This document shows positions 38,203 to 49,229 of a stretch of 64,000 nt of DNA, piece after piece. The stretch is from NCBI GenBank assembly GCA_036785375.1, contig JAWMAR010000007.1, positions 11,160,001 to 11,224,000 on the forward strand. Direction: 5' to 3'. The DNA is from Leucoraja ocellata (lineage: Eukaryota). Under the pieces are notes generated by a model. It saw nothing but the letters and a program-made list of their open reading frames with translations, did no database searches and was not told the origin of the DNA. The position numbers and the translations under genes are program-made. Within the stretch, counting starts at the first letter, position 1, and the number at the start of each line of letters is the position of its first letter.

Positions 38203-39397
38203 CTAGACCAAGTGCAGACCCGTTGGGTCTGTCCCCCCAACGTGCGGTTGTGGGGGGAGGGGGGGATGCGGCACGCAGCGTCACACACACTAACTATCCC
38301 CCCCCCCCCCGCACTGACGCTAATTACCCCCTTGATATTATATTAATATTATTAATTTGCTCCTTTTACCCATAACCACCCTATCTACTGACGCATAGCC
38401 CCCAACTTGCAGTCACATCTAGAGAGGGGGCGGGGGGGGGGGAGGGGGCGGGGGTAGAGAGTGAGGGCAGAGAGAGAAGGGGCAGAGACAGAGAGAGAAA
38501 CAGAAACACAGAAAGAAGGGCAAGAAGGATAGGGGAGTGGAGCGGAGGATAAGAGGGAGGGTGGGTGAGGGGGGAAAGGTGGGGGAGGAGGGGAGGAGAG
38601 AGGAGGGTGAGAGTGAGGGGGAGAAAGAGGGGGTTCTGAGAGGGGAGTGAGGGGGAGAGGTGGGGAGCAGGGAGGGGGAGGGTGGGTGGAGGTAAGAGGG
38701 TAGGGAGGGAAGAGGGTAGGGAGTGTGGAGGGGGTTTAGGGGAGGGATGGTGAGGGGGGATCGAGGGGGGGAGAAAAAGAGGGGAGAGAGAGGTGGGAGA
38801 GGAGGGGGGGAGGAGAGGGGGGAGAGGAGAGGGGAGCGAGGAGAGGGGGGAGGAGAGGGGGGAGGAGAGGGGAGAGGAGAGGGGGAGGAGAGAGGGGGAG
38901 GAGAGGGGGGGGGAGGAGAGGGGGGGAGGAGAGAGGGGGGGAGAGAGGGGGGGAGAGAGGGGGGAGAGAGGAGGGGTGAGGTGGGGAGAGGTGGGGAGAG
39001 TAGAGGAGAGGAGAGGGAGGGAGAGGAGAGGAGGGGGAGGAGGGGAGAGGGGGGAGAGTGGTGGAGATGGGGGGAGGGGGGGATAGAGGATAGGGGAGGG
39101 GAGGAGAGGGGGCGGAGAGGATGGGGGGGAGGAGAGGGGGGGAGGAGAGGGGGGGAGGGGAGAGGAGAGGGGGGAGGAGGAGAGGGGGAGAGGAGAAGTG
39201 GGGGGGGGGGGAGAACCTAAAAACCATTTTAGAACCAAAAAATACACATCTGCAAGTGTTTTAGAACCACTAAGGACACTTACATTTGAGTAGACATGTG
39301 TTCAATATTCACAGCTCAGAGAAACGTGACCCTCTGCCTTCCTCCAGCTTGCAGACACTGATTGAGGCACACCACTTCCTGGTTTTATAGTCCCTCC
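38203..39397 (-). mobile_element. Non-autonomous Helitron-like element, 3' end, with a long GA/CT low-complexity interior
   Basis: Minus strand ends CAGACCC-AAC-GGGTCTG hairpin + cacttggt + CTAG|T; no 5' TC end identified. Confidence 0.65.
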
Positions 39398-41451
39398 CCA
39401 TGTCAGCACCCTACCACCAATACCATATGCTTTCATTTTGCCCACTAATCTTCTATGTGGGACATCAAATGCTTTCTGAAAGTCCAGGTACACTACATCC
39501 ACTGGCTCTCCCTGTTTCAGCTCGGCTTCTCCGCATAGCAGCCAGTTCCCACTGGATCAGGTCATTCTTGAGTCACTGCCTTGAATTCCTGGGCCAGGCT
39601 GACATGATGATTGCTGCAATAATATTCAAGACTTTCATGTGTACAGCTCTCCGCGGCGTGAACCAGAATCCAACGTGATTATTTTAAAGATATTGCATGG
39701 AAACAGACCCTTCAGCTCACCGAGTCCATGCTAACCATCGAACATCCATTCACACAAGTTTTATGTTATCCGGCTTTTACATCCACTCCCCTACACACTT
39801 GGGGCAATTTACAGAGGACAATTTAACCGACAAGCCCGCATGTCTTTGGGATGTGGGAGGAAATTCACATGGTCATAGGGAGTACGTGCAAACTCTACAC
39901 AGACAGAATCCGAGTTCAGGATTGAACCAGGTTCTCTTGGGCTGTGAAGCAGTAGCTCCACCAGATGAACCATTGTGCTGTCTTTCAGAAGATATTTCTC
40001 ATCCCTTTCCCCTGTTGAGAATAGAAGGAAAGAGAACAGCTCCAGATGTGGATTTGAGAATAGTGCAGGACAATGGAATATCAGCTATGTTTTCATCAAA
40101 GGTGAAGCAGGTTTTAGTTGTCTGGCTATCAGTTTGACATTACTATTTTCTTATGTTTGTAGAAGGAAAGAAAAATTGGTCTGCAATTTTTAAAACCAGT
40201 AACTTGAAGAATTCTTCCATTTTGAGTAGTGATGGCTGATTGTGGTCCCAGCCTGACCTGAAGTGGACGTTTTTCAACAGAACAGTGAACTACGAGTGAC
40301 AAATCATGCTGGAACAAAATGCTACATTCTGGAGATCCTTGTTAATAGACATGGAAACCACTCACTGTTTGATGATTGTTTTTGTTTTATTTTTCTGTAT
40401 TATGGAGGAATGTTACACCATTAATTGCATCACAGCTTGGTTTGAATACTGCTCTACCCAAGACTGCAAGACATTCCAGTTGTGGATGTAGCCCAGTCCA
40501 TCGCACAGACTACCTTCCCCACCATCGCTTTCATCTGCACTTCACATTGATTCAGGAAAGCAGTCAATATAATCAAAGTCCAGTTTCACTCTGGTCATTC
40601 TCTTCCCTCTTCCATTGGGCAGGAGATACAAAAGCTTGAAAGCATGTTCTACCAGATTTGAAGAACAGCTTCTCCCTTGCAGTTATCAGATCTAAATGGT
40701 CCTCCGATGGGCCACAGTGTAGTCACAATGTTCCAAACTAACTCAAGTGCAGACCTTGCACTTATTCTCCATAATTGTAACACTAGAATGCCATAATACT
40801 ATATTCAACACTCAGGTACTTCTTCTCTTTGCATTACACTTGTGTTACACTTGTGTATCTTGATTGTAATCATATGTGGTATAATTTATCTTTTATCTAT
40901 CGGAGTAGTCTGACTGTTGTTTGTTTGACTTGTGACTACTTTGCAGCATGAAGGAGTTTTGAATTCCAGGATTTGGTTGATATTTACTGGGGTGTGCGTT
41001 GGGTAAAAGATTAATCAATACTTGGAGGTGTTAGAATGCCGGTTGAACGTGAGTGTGAGTGGGATCAGCTCATTCTGACATACCTTGAACAACTTTCCTG
41101 GATCATTTCAATTACCTTTTGAAATATTTTTCAGTATGTTTGCCCTCCTCTCACTGTTCACAAGGAGGTGATTTGTGAGAACCTTCTTCAACCACTGCAG
41201 TGATGTTGCAGGATACAGACTCAGTGAAGATGAAAGAAGGCATAATAAATCCACTCAGAATCCCTTTCACTTTGATCATAATCTTTCATAGATTTATCAA
41301 TCTTCTCATTAAATATCTCATATGATCAAACCTCCGCAATAGAGGATTTCAGAGACCTGAAGATATTTCCAGATCAGGGTAGTGTGCGAATGGTAAAATC
41401 TGCAGGTGATGTTACCATACACCTGCTGCACTTGTCCTTCATGGTTGAGGT

Positions 41452-42202
41452 GAGGGGCAGAAATCCAGGGGGGGGGGGGGGGAAGGGGGGCAGGGGGTAC
41501 ACGTCTCCCCCCCCCCCCTGTTTTGGGAGGTGGGGTACGATCCCCCCATTTATTGTAATCTGGATTTTAAAGTCCGGTGAAATCTCTGCTTTCCGTGAGA
41601 GTGGGGGTGGGACTGCTGATCGAGGGCACTGATTGGATGAGAGAGACGTCGGTCAGCAAGCAATGGTGGCGGGACATGATGATTCAGTGCGATCATTGGT
41701 GGAGGGAGGTGTCAGTCAGATGTGGAAGTGGGGGGGGGGGTGGGGGGGTGGTGGGACTGAAGATAGAACGCGGTGATTGGAGGAAGGAGACGTGCCAAAA
41801 CACTCTCAGCAGCCCTGGACGGATCGATCCTGGCTCTTCGGCGCTGTCCCGAGTGCCCCCCCCCCCACGCCTGAGGTTGGCCAGTGACGTCAGGAGTCAG
41901 ACAGGAGCGGTGTCCCCAGGCCTACAGAAGCAGCGCTAAACCCAGCTCAAAGCCTGTCCCGCCGGGTTAACCTACGGACCTGCCTGAAATATGGCCCATG
42001 TGTACAGCCAGCGCGGAGAAGCAGCGCTGGTGTCCCGTCAGTCCAGGCAGGGCTGGCAGAGTTGAGGTGTATTTAGTGCTGGATTGAGCCTCTGAAGCCT
42101 TGCATGTGTGTATGAGTGTGCTCATGGGCATGCGGCCGCCAAGAAATGCTGTCCCCCAGTCCCCCAGTCCCCTCCATATTTTGATAGAGATTTCCGTGCC
42201 TG
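41452..42202. mobile_element. Non-autonomous hAT-type element
   Basis: Imperfect TIRs GAGGGGCAGAAATC / GATTTCCGTGCCTG; 8-bp TSD GTTGAGGT/GTGGAGGT (1 mismatch). Confidence 0.65.
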
Positions 42203-42577
42203 GTGGAGGTCACGGATTTTGATGGAGCAGGGTGCATGAGTAACTGCACTATACTTTGGAGATCGGTACACACTGCAGCCAAGGCCCAACACTGGAGGAA
42301 ATGGGTATTATTGTAGACTGGTTGGCTGTTGAGGTCCCAATCAAAGCAGCTGATTCTCAGCCAAGTAAATGAAAGTTCTTCATCACACTCCTGGCTTGTG
42401 CTGTGTAGATGACGAGTGTTGGCAGGAGCCAAATTGCCTCAGACTGACTTGCTCTAATAGGTGTAGTATTTGCATGGCACTCATGACTACGTCATTTTGC
42501 TCTGTGCAGGCCTGGGCTGCATTATTTGCTGGGGAGGTACACAATGTGAAATCAATTATCATTTCCATTTTGTGACC

Positions 42578-45178
42578 TGTAAAAGGACTTTCTGCACACA
42601 CACAAGTCTTTTACTATAACTATTTATTAGGTAACTGTTAATCACTATGCTGTAGCTGTCCGTGGTCATCACTGGAGCTAGAGAGCGAGCTAGAGGTGGG
42701 GACACTACAATTATACTGGAGACAATGGGGAGTGGTTAGTAATACGGGAGGTCACTATGGTTAAAGGAACATGCACTGATCTACATCCTTCCTCTGGGAA
42801 ACAAAAGCATGGCAGGTACTATACAGAGTGACCACGGCTCATACGCTACGAACACCAACCGCACCGGCAACAGTACAACACTATGCGAATTCCCCGTAGC
42901 GGACAGGCGGCCTGACCAGGCGGCCAGAGCGGGTGCGTAAACCGCCCTCCTCCTCATCGTCGGGAACAGAAGGGACGGCAGCCGGGGGATGGGCAGGAGA
43001 GGCGGGCGGAGGAGAATGCGGGGCTGCGGGTGGAGAGACAGGTTTGGCAGGGGAGGGAGGTTTTGCGGGCGATGCTGGCTTGACAGGCGAGGCAGGGGAA
43101 CGGGCGGACAGTTGTGAGGGGAGGGTGCGTGGCATGCGAGGCGTAGACGGGGCCTGAGGGGCCACGGGAGGTCTGGAAGAGATGGGGGGGTGAGAAGGAT
43201 CCGCGGGAGGCGGAGCGGGCTCATTCACAAGGAGTAAGTGCTGGCGGGAGCGACGGTAGATAGCCCCCTCGTAGTCGACGAAATAGGAGCGCGGAGAACC
43301 GGCGTCTCCGACTACGACTGCCAGGCGGTAGTGGCCAGTGGGGGATTGCATCCGGACAACCTGCCCCGGGAGCAGACGTGGAAGTAGGCGGGCAGATTTG
43401 TCAAAAGAGCGTTTCTGGGTGTCCTGTTTTTTGGCAATGCGCTCAGTGACAGTGGCAGGATTTTGTACAGAGGGCTTGAGGGACTGCTGGGAAACCGGCA
43501 GGGGAGGTCTGGTGGTGCGAGACATGAGGCGTTGGGCAGGGGAGCCGAGCGCAGGGTCGCGGGAAATGTTGCAGAGGTTAAGCAGGGCAAGGTGGAAATC
43601 GGCACGGAACAGGCGGCAGTGTTCCAGCAGCTCCTTGGCACTACGAACGGCCCGCTCAGCAAGTCCGTTGCTCTGAGGAAACTCGGGGCTGCTGGTGATG
43701 TGGTGAAAGTTCCAACGGGCAGCAAAGGTCTTGAACTCGTCGCTGGAGAACTGGCTGCCGTTGTCGGACCGGAGGGTCACCGGGGAGCCGAAGGTGGAGA
43801 AGTGGCGGTGAAGTTTCCCGATGACAGCGGCAGAGGTGATGGAGGTCAGCTGGTCGACCTCGAACCAGCTGGAATACGAGTCCACCAGGACCAGGAAGTG
43901 CTTTCCGCGCCACTCAAAGAGGTCGGTGGCAACAGCCATCCATGGGAGCTCTGGAGCCGGCGGCTGCAGGAGAGGCTGGCGCTGCTGATGGGGGTGCAGG
44001 GTGTTGCAGGCAGCGCAGGCGGAGACCCTGTCACGGATGTCCTGAGCCATGCCAGGCCAGTAGAATTGGCTCTGGGCATGGGAGAGGGTAGCTTCCACCC
44101 CAGGGTGGCCGCTGTGAGCAGTCTGGAAATAGTGATCCCGGAGTGCGGCAGAAAAGTGGCCGAGTTTGCCACAGGAAAGACAGGTCTTGCCCTGTGCGGG
44201 GCAAATGTTTGAGGGATGAGCCGTAAAAAAGCAGTTAGGGCAGCGTCGCGGGACAGTGGAGGTGGCGACTTTCATGGGGAGAGCCGCGGGGTTGCGTCGC
44301 GTAGTCAGGCGACCGGCTTGACCGGTGAAGTTAATGTCCTGGGGAGCCTGTCTGGACACGGAACCAACGGCTTCAGACATGCGTGCAGAATACATAGCAT
44401 CCCGCAGTGTCAGATCGGGTTTAACTAAGAGTTGCTCATGCAGTCTATCGTTGCGGAGACCATTGACCAGGACGTCCTTAATTAATTTGTCAGGGGTGAT
44501 TGTGTCAAGGCGGCAGCGCTGAGCCAGGTGATGCAAGGCGGCAATGAAAGTGCCGACAGGCTCGCCTGGCAGCTGCTGCCTCTGGAAGAATTTGAAGCGT
44601 TCGATGATGTTGTTGGTAGGAATATCACAGAGGGCAGCGAACTTATTAAGGAGACATACCGGGTCGTTGCGGTCCTCTCCGGCGGCGAAATGGAACGATG
44701 CATACTGATCCATAGCTGCAGGTCCCGCGAGGTTAAGCAATAGGTGAGCCTGTACAGCAGGAGTGGCATCAGGATGGGCGATAGCAATGTAATGCTCGTA
44801 ATCGCGCTGGAACACGGTCCAGCGATGGACAATGTCCGTGTCGAACACCAACTGGTCTGGTCGACGACAGTGGTGGGACATGATAAAAGAAAGGAGGGAA
44901 GGACTGGGAGAAAGAAATGATAAAACAAAAACCGATGAACAGGAGACGCAAGTCTACCGCTATGACACCATGTAAAAGGACTTTCTGCACACACACAAGT
45001 CTTTTACTATAACTATTTATTAGGTAACTGTTAATCACTATGCTGTAGCTGTCCGTGGTCATCACTGGAGCTAGAGAGCGAGCTAGAGGTGGGGACACTA
45101 CAATTATACTGGAGACAATGGGGAGTGGTTAGTAATACGGGAGGTCACTATGGTTAAAGGAACATGCACTGATCTACA
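42578..45178 (-). mobile_element. Gypsy (Mag-like) LTR retrotransposon, 2.6 kb, lacking PR/RT/RNase H
   Basis: 208-bp TG..CA LTRs at 42578-42785 and 44971-45178, identical by eye; 5-bp TSD TGACC; PBS TGGTGTCATAGCGG; PPT CCAGAGGAAGGA. Confidence 0.96.
42881..44881 (-). CDS. In-frame Gag-integrase fusion, 666 aa
   Basis: Gag (ERFKFFQRQQLPGE, CPNC..H..C, CLSCGKLGHF) runs directly into IN (AHSGHPG...CAAC, DLF, VDSYS, SDNGSQF, PQSNGLAER, GPY/F-like RSY..RRSR). Confidence 0.9.
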   Translation of the reverse strand: MSHHCRRPDQLVFDTDIVHRWTVFQRDYEHYIAIAHPDATPAVQAHLLLNLAGPAAMDQYASFHFAAGEDRNDPVCLLNKFAALCDIPTNNIIERFKFFQRQQLPGEPVGTFIAALHHLAQRCRLDTITPDKLIKDVLVNGLRNDRLHEQLLVKPDLTLRDAMYSARMSEAVGSVSRQAPQDINFTGQAGRLTTRRNPAALPMKVATSTVPRRCPNCFFTAHPSNICPAQGKTCLSCGKLGHFSAALRDHYFQTAHSGHPGVEATLSHAQSQFYWPGMAQDIRDRVSACAACNTLHPHQQRQPLLQPPAPELPWMAVATDLFEWRGKHFLVLVDSYSSWFEVDQLTSITSAAVIGKLHRHFSTFGSPVTLRSDNGSQFSSDEFKTFAARWNFHHITSSPEFPQSNGLAERAVRSAKELLEHCRLFRADFHLALLNLCNISRDPALGSPAQRLMSRTTRPPLPVSQQSLKPSVQNPATVTERIAKKQDTQKRSFDKSARLLPRLLPGQVVRMQSPTGHYRLAVVVGDAGSPRSYFVDYEGAIYRRSRQHLLLVNEPAPPPADPSHPPISSRPPVAPQAPSTPRMPRTLPSQLSARSPASPVKPASPAKPPSPAKPVSPPAAPHSPPPASPAHPPAAVPSVPDDEEEGGLRTRSGRLVRPPVRYGEFA

Positions 45179-45399
45179 TGACCTGATGATGGAAAGAGGA
45201 TTATTTATAAAGCAACTTAAAGTGATTGAGCCGAAGATATGGCAATATCTCAAGAATCACCACACCCTGGTTGGACATGAAAAGGAGAGTCCTCTGCAAT
45301 ATGTAATCCTTTGCATGGTATTTCCACTCCATTAATATGAAACACCATGACGATTATTCCGACATTCCCACATTCCATGAACTCCAGGCACACACAGCC

Positions 45400-47938
45400 A
45401 CACCGCTGTCCCCTTCTCTCACAAAAGTACATATAAACGTGCTTCTTGGGATGCGTTTAATCAAATTTCACATTGCGAAAAGGTGATTTAGGCCCCATAC
45501 GAACCGGCAGTGTTTTTCCTGCCGATGGTTGTTTAAAACGCTATCACCTTTGCTCTAATGCAAAGGTTCAAGCTAGGTAGCTGGTAATGCTGCTACTAAT
45601 TTCCCATTACGCTTGCCACTTGTCGAATGGTTAGTCGATTGTTAACCATTAATTTGTTACAGGTTTGTGCCAATTCTGCTGACTTTTCTTTAGGCAACGT
45701 TATAGACACATGGACTGAGTTAATTGTGAATACCAGATAGTCCATAGTTGTGGATGGTGCAAACGTAGATTTATCTGGATGTATGACAAAGCCTAAGGTT
45801 AAATAGTTTTTATTAGCTAATGCTGCTGAATTAGCTAATTCCATGGTTTTGTCTATTATTAAAATATCATCGAGATATGCCATGACAATATGTTTCCTTA
45901 ATAGTGTCAGGGCTGGTTTTAATATCTTGGTAAACAGTTTTGGCCCATGTTAGCACATTAGTCAATAATTTGTACTGCCATAGTTACCCCATCCAGGTAA
46001 ATTTTTAGGTATCTACGATGATCTTTATGAATGGGTACTGAATAGTATGCATCTTTTAAGTCGATGCCTGCCATAAAGCATCGTTAGGAAATCCATTGTT
46101 TGGCAGGTACAAATGTTTTCCATTAAAGTGTGTATACCTGACGAAAGTATTCAATGTGGTTAAGTCAATGATGATGCGACATTCACCATCTTTTTTTTAA
46201 TGGTTTTAGTAAATTTAATACGAATTCCAAAGGTTCATGTTTAGATTTCTCTATGATCCCTTTGTATGTAACTTCTCCAGTTCAGCTTGTCCCTCATGTT
46301 TTCTTTTTGGTGAGAGGGTAAAACCCCTTTGGGGTGCATGCTGAACTGGTGACAAGTTCTCTTGAATGAATTCAATTTTTATCCTTGAATACTTTTTGGT
46401 ATATAACTACCAAGTGTGATAGTTCTTCATGCTTCCAAAAACAGATGTAGTCTCCCCCCCTGTTAGCACAATCCCCCCACTTTTTATGTGACTGTAGGAA
46501 CCAGACCCACCTACCTCCATTGTTGTTTGGTGGTGTGTTCATTTCTTCGGTTTCTTGTTCCTTGTCTGTCGGGGTGGTGTTGTTGGGTGGTGGCGCATTT
46601 TCCATGGGGCCCGCTCTGGGCCCTGTCCCGAAAGACTTCCGGGGATGGTATGCGGGCCCCGAGCTTTCACCAGTATCATGAAGTAGACACCTACTGGTGG
46701 ATGTGTAGAGCTACTGCCATCTGGGTTTGCGTGGTTTGCTCGTTCCAGGTCCTGCCCTCATGAGGGCAAATGCCTTGGAATCTTCGTCCAGATTTTAGAC
46801 TTGATTTGGTAATTCTTTGCCAAATAGCTGGATCTATGGCTCTGAGACCGGCATTCTACACAGTCCTGCAAATTTTTGAGGTTGAGGGCAGGTCTATGAC
46901 CTGCTTCTGGAGGTTGTTAATCACATACTGTGTTGCACAGTAGAGCCAGGGTGTTTTGGCATGTCAACCCTGTCCATGGAATGAGCATATGAAGTGATAG
47001 CCGATGTCAGAGGTATCAACATTTTTTGCAATTTAAGTTTTTTTGGTTTTGATACCCTGCTCATTGTACCCCCAGTAACGGCAGGCACATTGAGCAAATG
47101 CAATTTTGGGGAGGCGTAATAAGGTCCAACTTATTGACTACATGTCTTGGAGAGGTTTAAAGGACAGGTAGTACGCTGTAACGGCCGTCTTGCTCGTGGT
47201 GTTGCCACGTAGCGGTTCACCAGACCCAGCAGCTCTTCCTGGTCCTGTACCTCAAGCATACTTCCGGTTTCTTCAGCCAGTGACTCCTGTTCTTGACCAG
47301 CCCAGTCCTGGTCGTCAACACTCCCCTCTGTTGAGGGAGATGCGATGGCCAGTGCTGTTAGTGCAGTGGAGCGGGAGTGTTTGTGCTCCCTTGGCGAGCT
47401 TGCCCCATCTTCCGGAGCATGTCTTGCTGTTCGCTCCATGAGCCTTTCCATAAGGCTTGAAACGGTCACCTTTAGCCACCCTCGGGCGGTTAGTCTACCG
47501 TGCCGGGCTCTTCTAAGTGAACCGGCCGGTCCGACTTCCGTTGTGCCTTACATCCAGCCCGCTGCGGTTGTTTGAGCTGTGCTAGCGGCGCTGGGCTCGG
47601 CTCGGAATGCTGTCGGTGACTGTGGATCGCAGCGTTGTGCGGTCCAGGTGCCGCCAGTCGCCCCCCACTGCTGGAACCCTCCTGGTCCATTGCAGCCCGA
47701 CGGGAACGACCTTCCTTGGTGTTTTCCCTGTTCATGTTCCTATTTACAAATAAAACAGAACAAGGTTTCCAAAACACCATGTCCACAGAGTAAGTTTGCT
47801 TACCTGAAGGTCCGTTTTCAAATTGTTGTGAGGGAGCTCGTACTCCCGTCCATCGCTGTGCACTGCGTGAGACGCTATGTCGCGCATGCGTGCTGGACGG
47901 GGTCTTCACATAGTCACTCATGTGACTCCGAAGTAAAA
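45400..47938 (-). mobile_element. Degenerate DIRS1-like element, 5' part (left terminus, gag-like region, RT)
   Basis: YLDDILI and LGFVIHPDKS RT motifs; terminus ttttacttcggagtcac(a/g)tgagtgac shared with the element at 49230. Confidence 0.8.
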
Positions 47939-49229
47939 TTATTATTATCCTCACTCTTTGTGGTACTTTAATTGTCATGTACCGAGGTACAGTGAAATTC
48001 ATTTTTGTATACAGTTCAATACAAGCATCACTATACTTAAGCACTTACGTACATATTAGATAAGCATCTCAGATACAGCTCTAATGTATAGCAGTAGTAC
48101 ATCAATACAGTGTACAGAGTCGCCAGTTTGGCACCATTTTCAAGTTGTTGTAAGTGCAGGGATCTTGACCTGACCATGACAGTCTGTTGCCCTGTCGGCG
48201 TTGCAGGGTCGGCCTGACCAAGTTGTGCCATGGTGTCTTCCGCTGCTGTTCCACCTCCGCAGGCCGCATCCAGTCCACGTGCTCGGCCTCTTGGAGCAGT
48301 GCCCAGACCAGCCGAGCTCCAGGCAGTTGCAAGGCCTCCAACGGCTCACACCCCCGTCGAGTCCGTACGCTGCTTCCCACAGCTGGTCTGCTTACCGGCC
48401 CTCCAGGTGGGTTCCCGTGGGTCCTCGATCCAAGGCGGTCAATCCGGGCCTTCCGGGTGGGTCTGCAGGTCCACCGTCAGTTATGGGCGGTTAGGGGCGC
48501 TGGGAGTCGGCTGCCCTGCCAGCAGCATGTTCGTTATTAAGACATTTTTGTTTTTTCTGGTATGTCTAAGTGTTTGTTTTGTGTGTCTCTCGGTGTGTCT
48601 TGTGTGCGGGGTGGTGGTGGGGGGGGGAGAGAGGGAAACTGTTTTTCAGTCAATTCCTCGACAGAGAGGTGACTTTTCCACGTCGCTTCTCTGCCTCCCC
48701 TCTCACGGCCTGACAGCTTGGATTAGAGCGGCCTTTCCTGGAGTCGTGCCCAAAACTTCAGCAGCGGACGCAACATGGACTTTTCCATCGTGGAGCAGGG
48801 TGAGCCCTTGCCGGTGGTTGACAGAACGGAGTGGTCCGATCGCTGGCCTGGTGACTTTGGCATCATGGGGGCTGTGGTCTGCGGGGCTTCTAGCCGTGGG
48901 CATGGTGTGGACTTACCATCCTGAGTCTGGGATCCTTTGCCGGGGAACGCTGGATAAGATCCCCGGCCTGCGGCTTATAACATCTTGAAGCCGTGGTCTC
49001 CGGTGGGAAAGTGGCAGATTCCGGCACTCCATGCTGCGGAGTGTATTTGACCGTCCTGACGTCGGTGTTTTGATCATCCCAACGAGAGGGCCTGTACATC
49101 CGGCCATGCGTAGCGGCGACTGCGGAGGTTTTATGGTCCCGACCACGGATGAACAAAGGCAGGAGGACTGACTGAATTTTGTTGCCTTCCACCACAGTGA
49201 AGAATGCTGTGGTGGATGTTTGTGTTAAA

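Noticed and set aside
38381-39247. Pro/Ser-rich and Gly/Glu/Arg-rich ORFs
   Set aside because: Translation of GA/CT low-complexity DNA
40140-41380. Possible exons of a second host gene
   Set aside because: Short frames with stops, no recognisable protein, partly decayed LINE sequence
43312-44994. Overlapping alternative-frame ORFs in the Gypsy element
   Set aside because: Shadow ORFs of a GC-rich coding region
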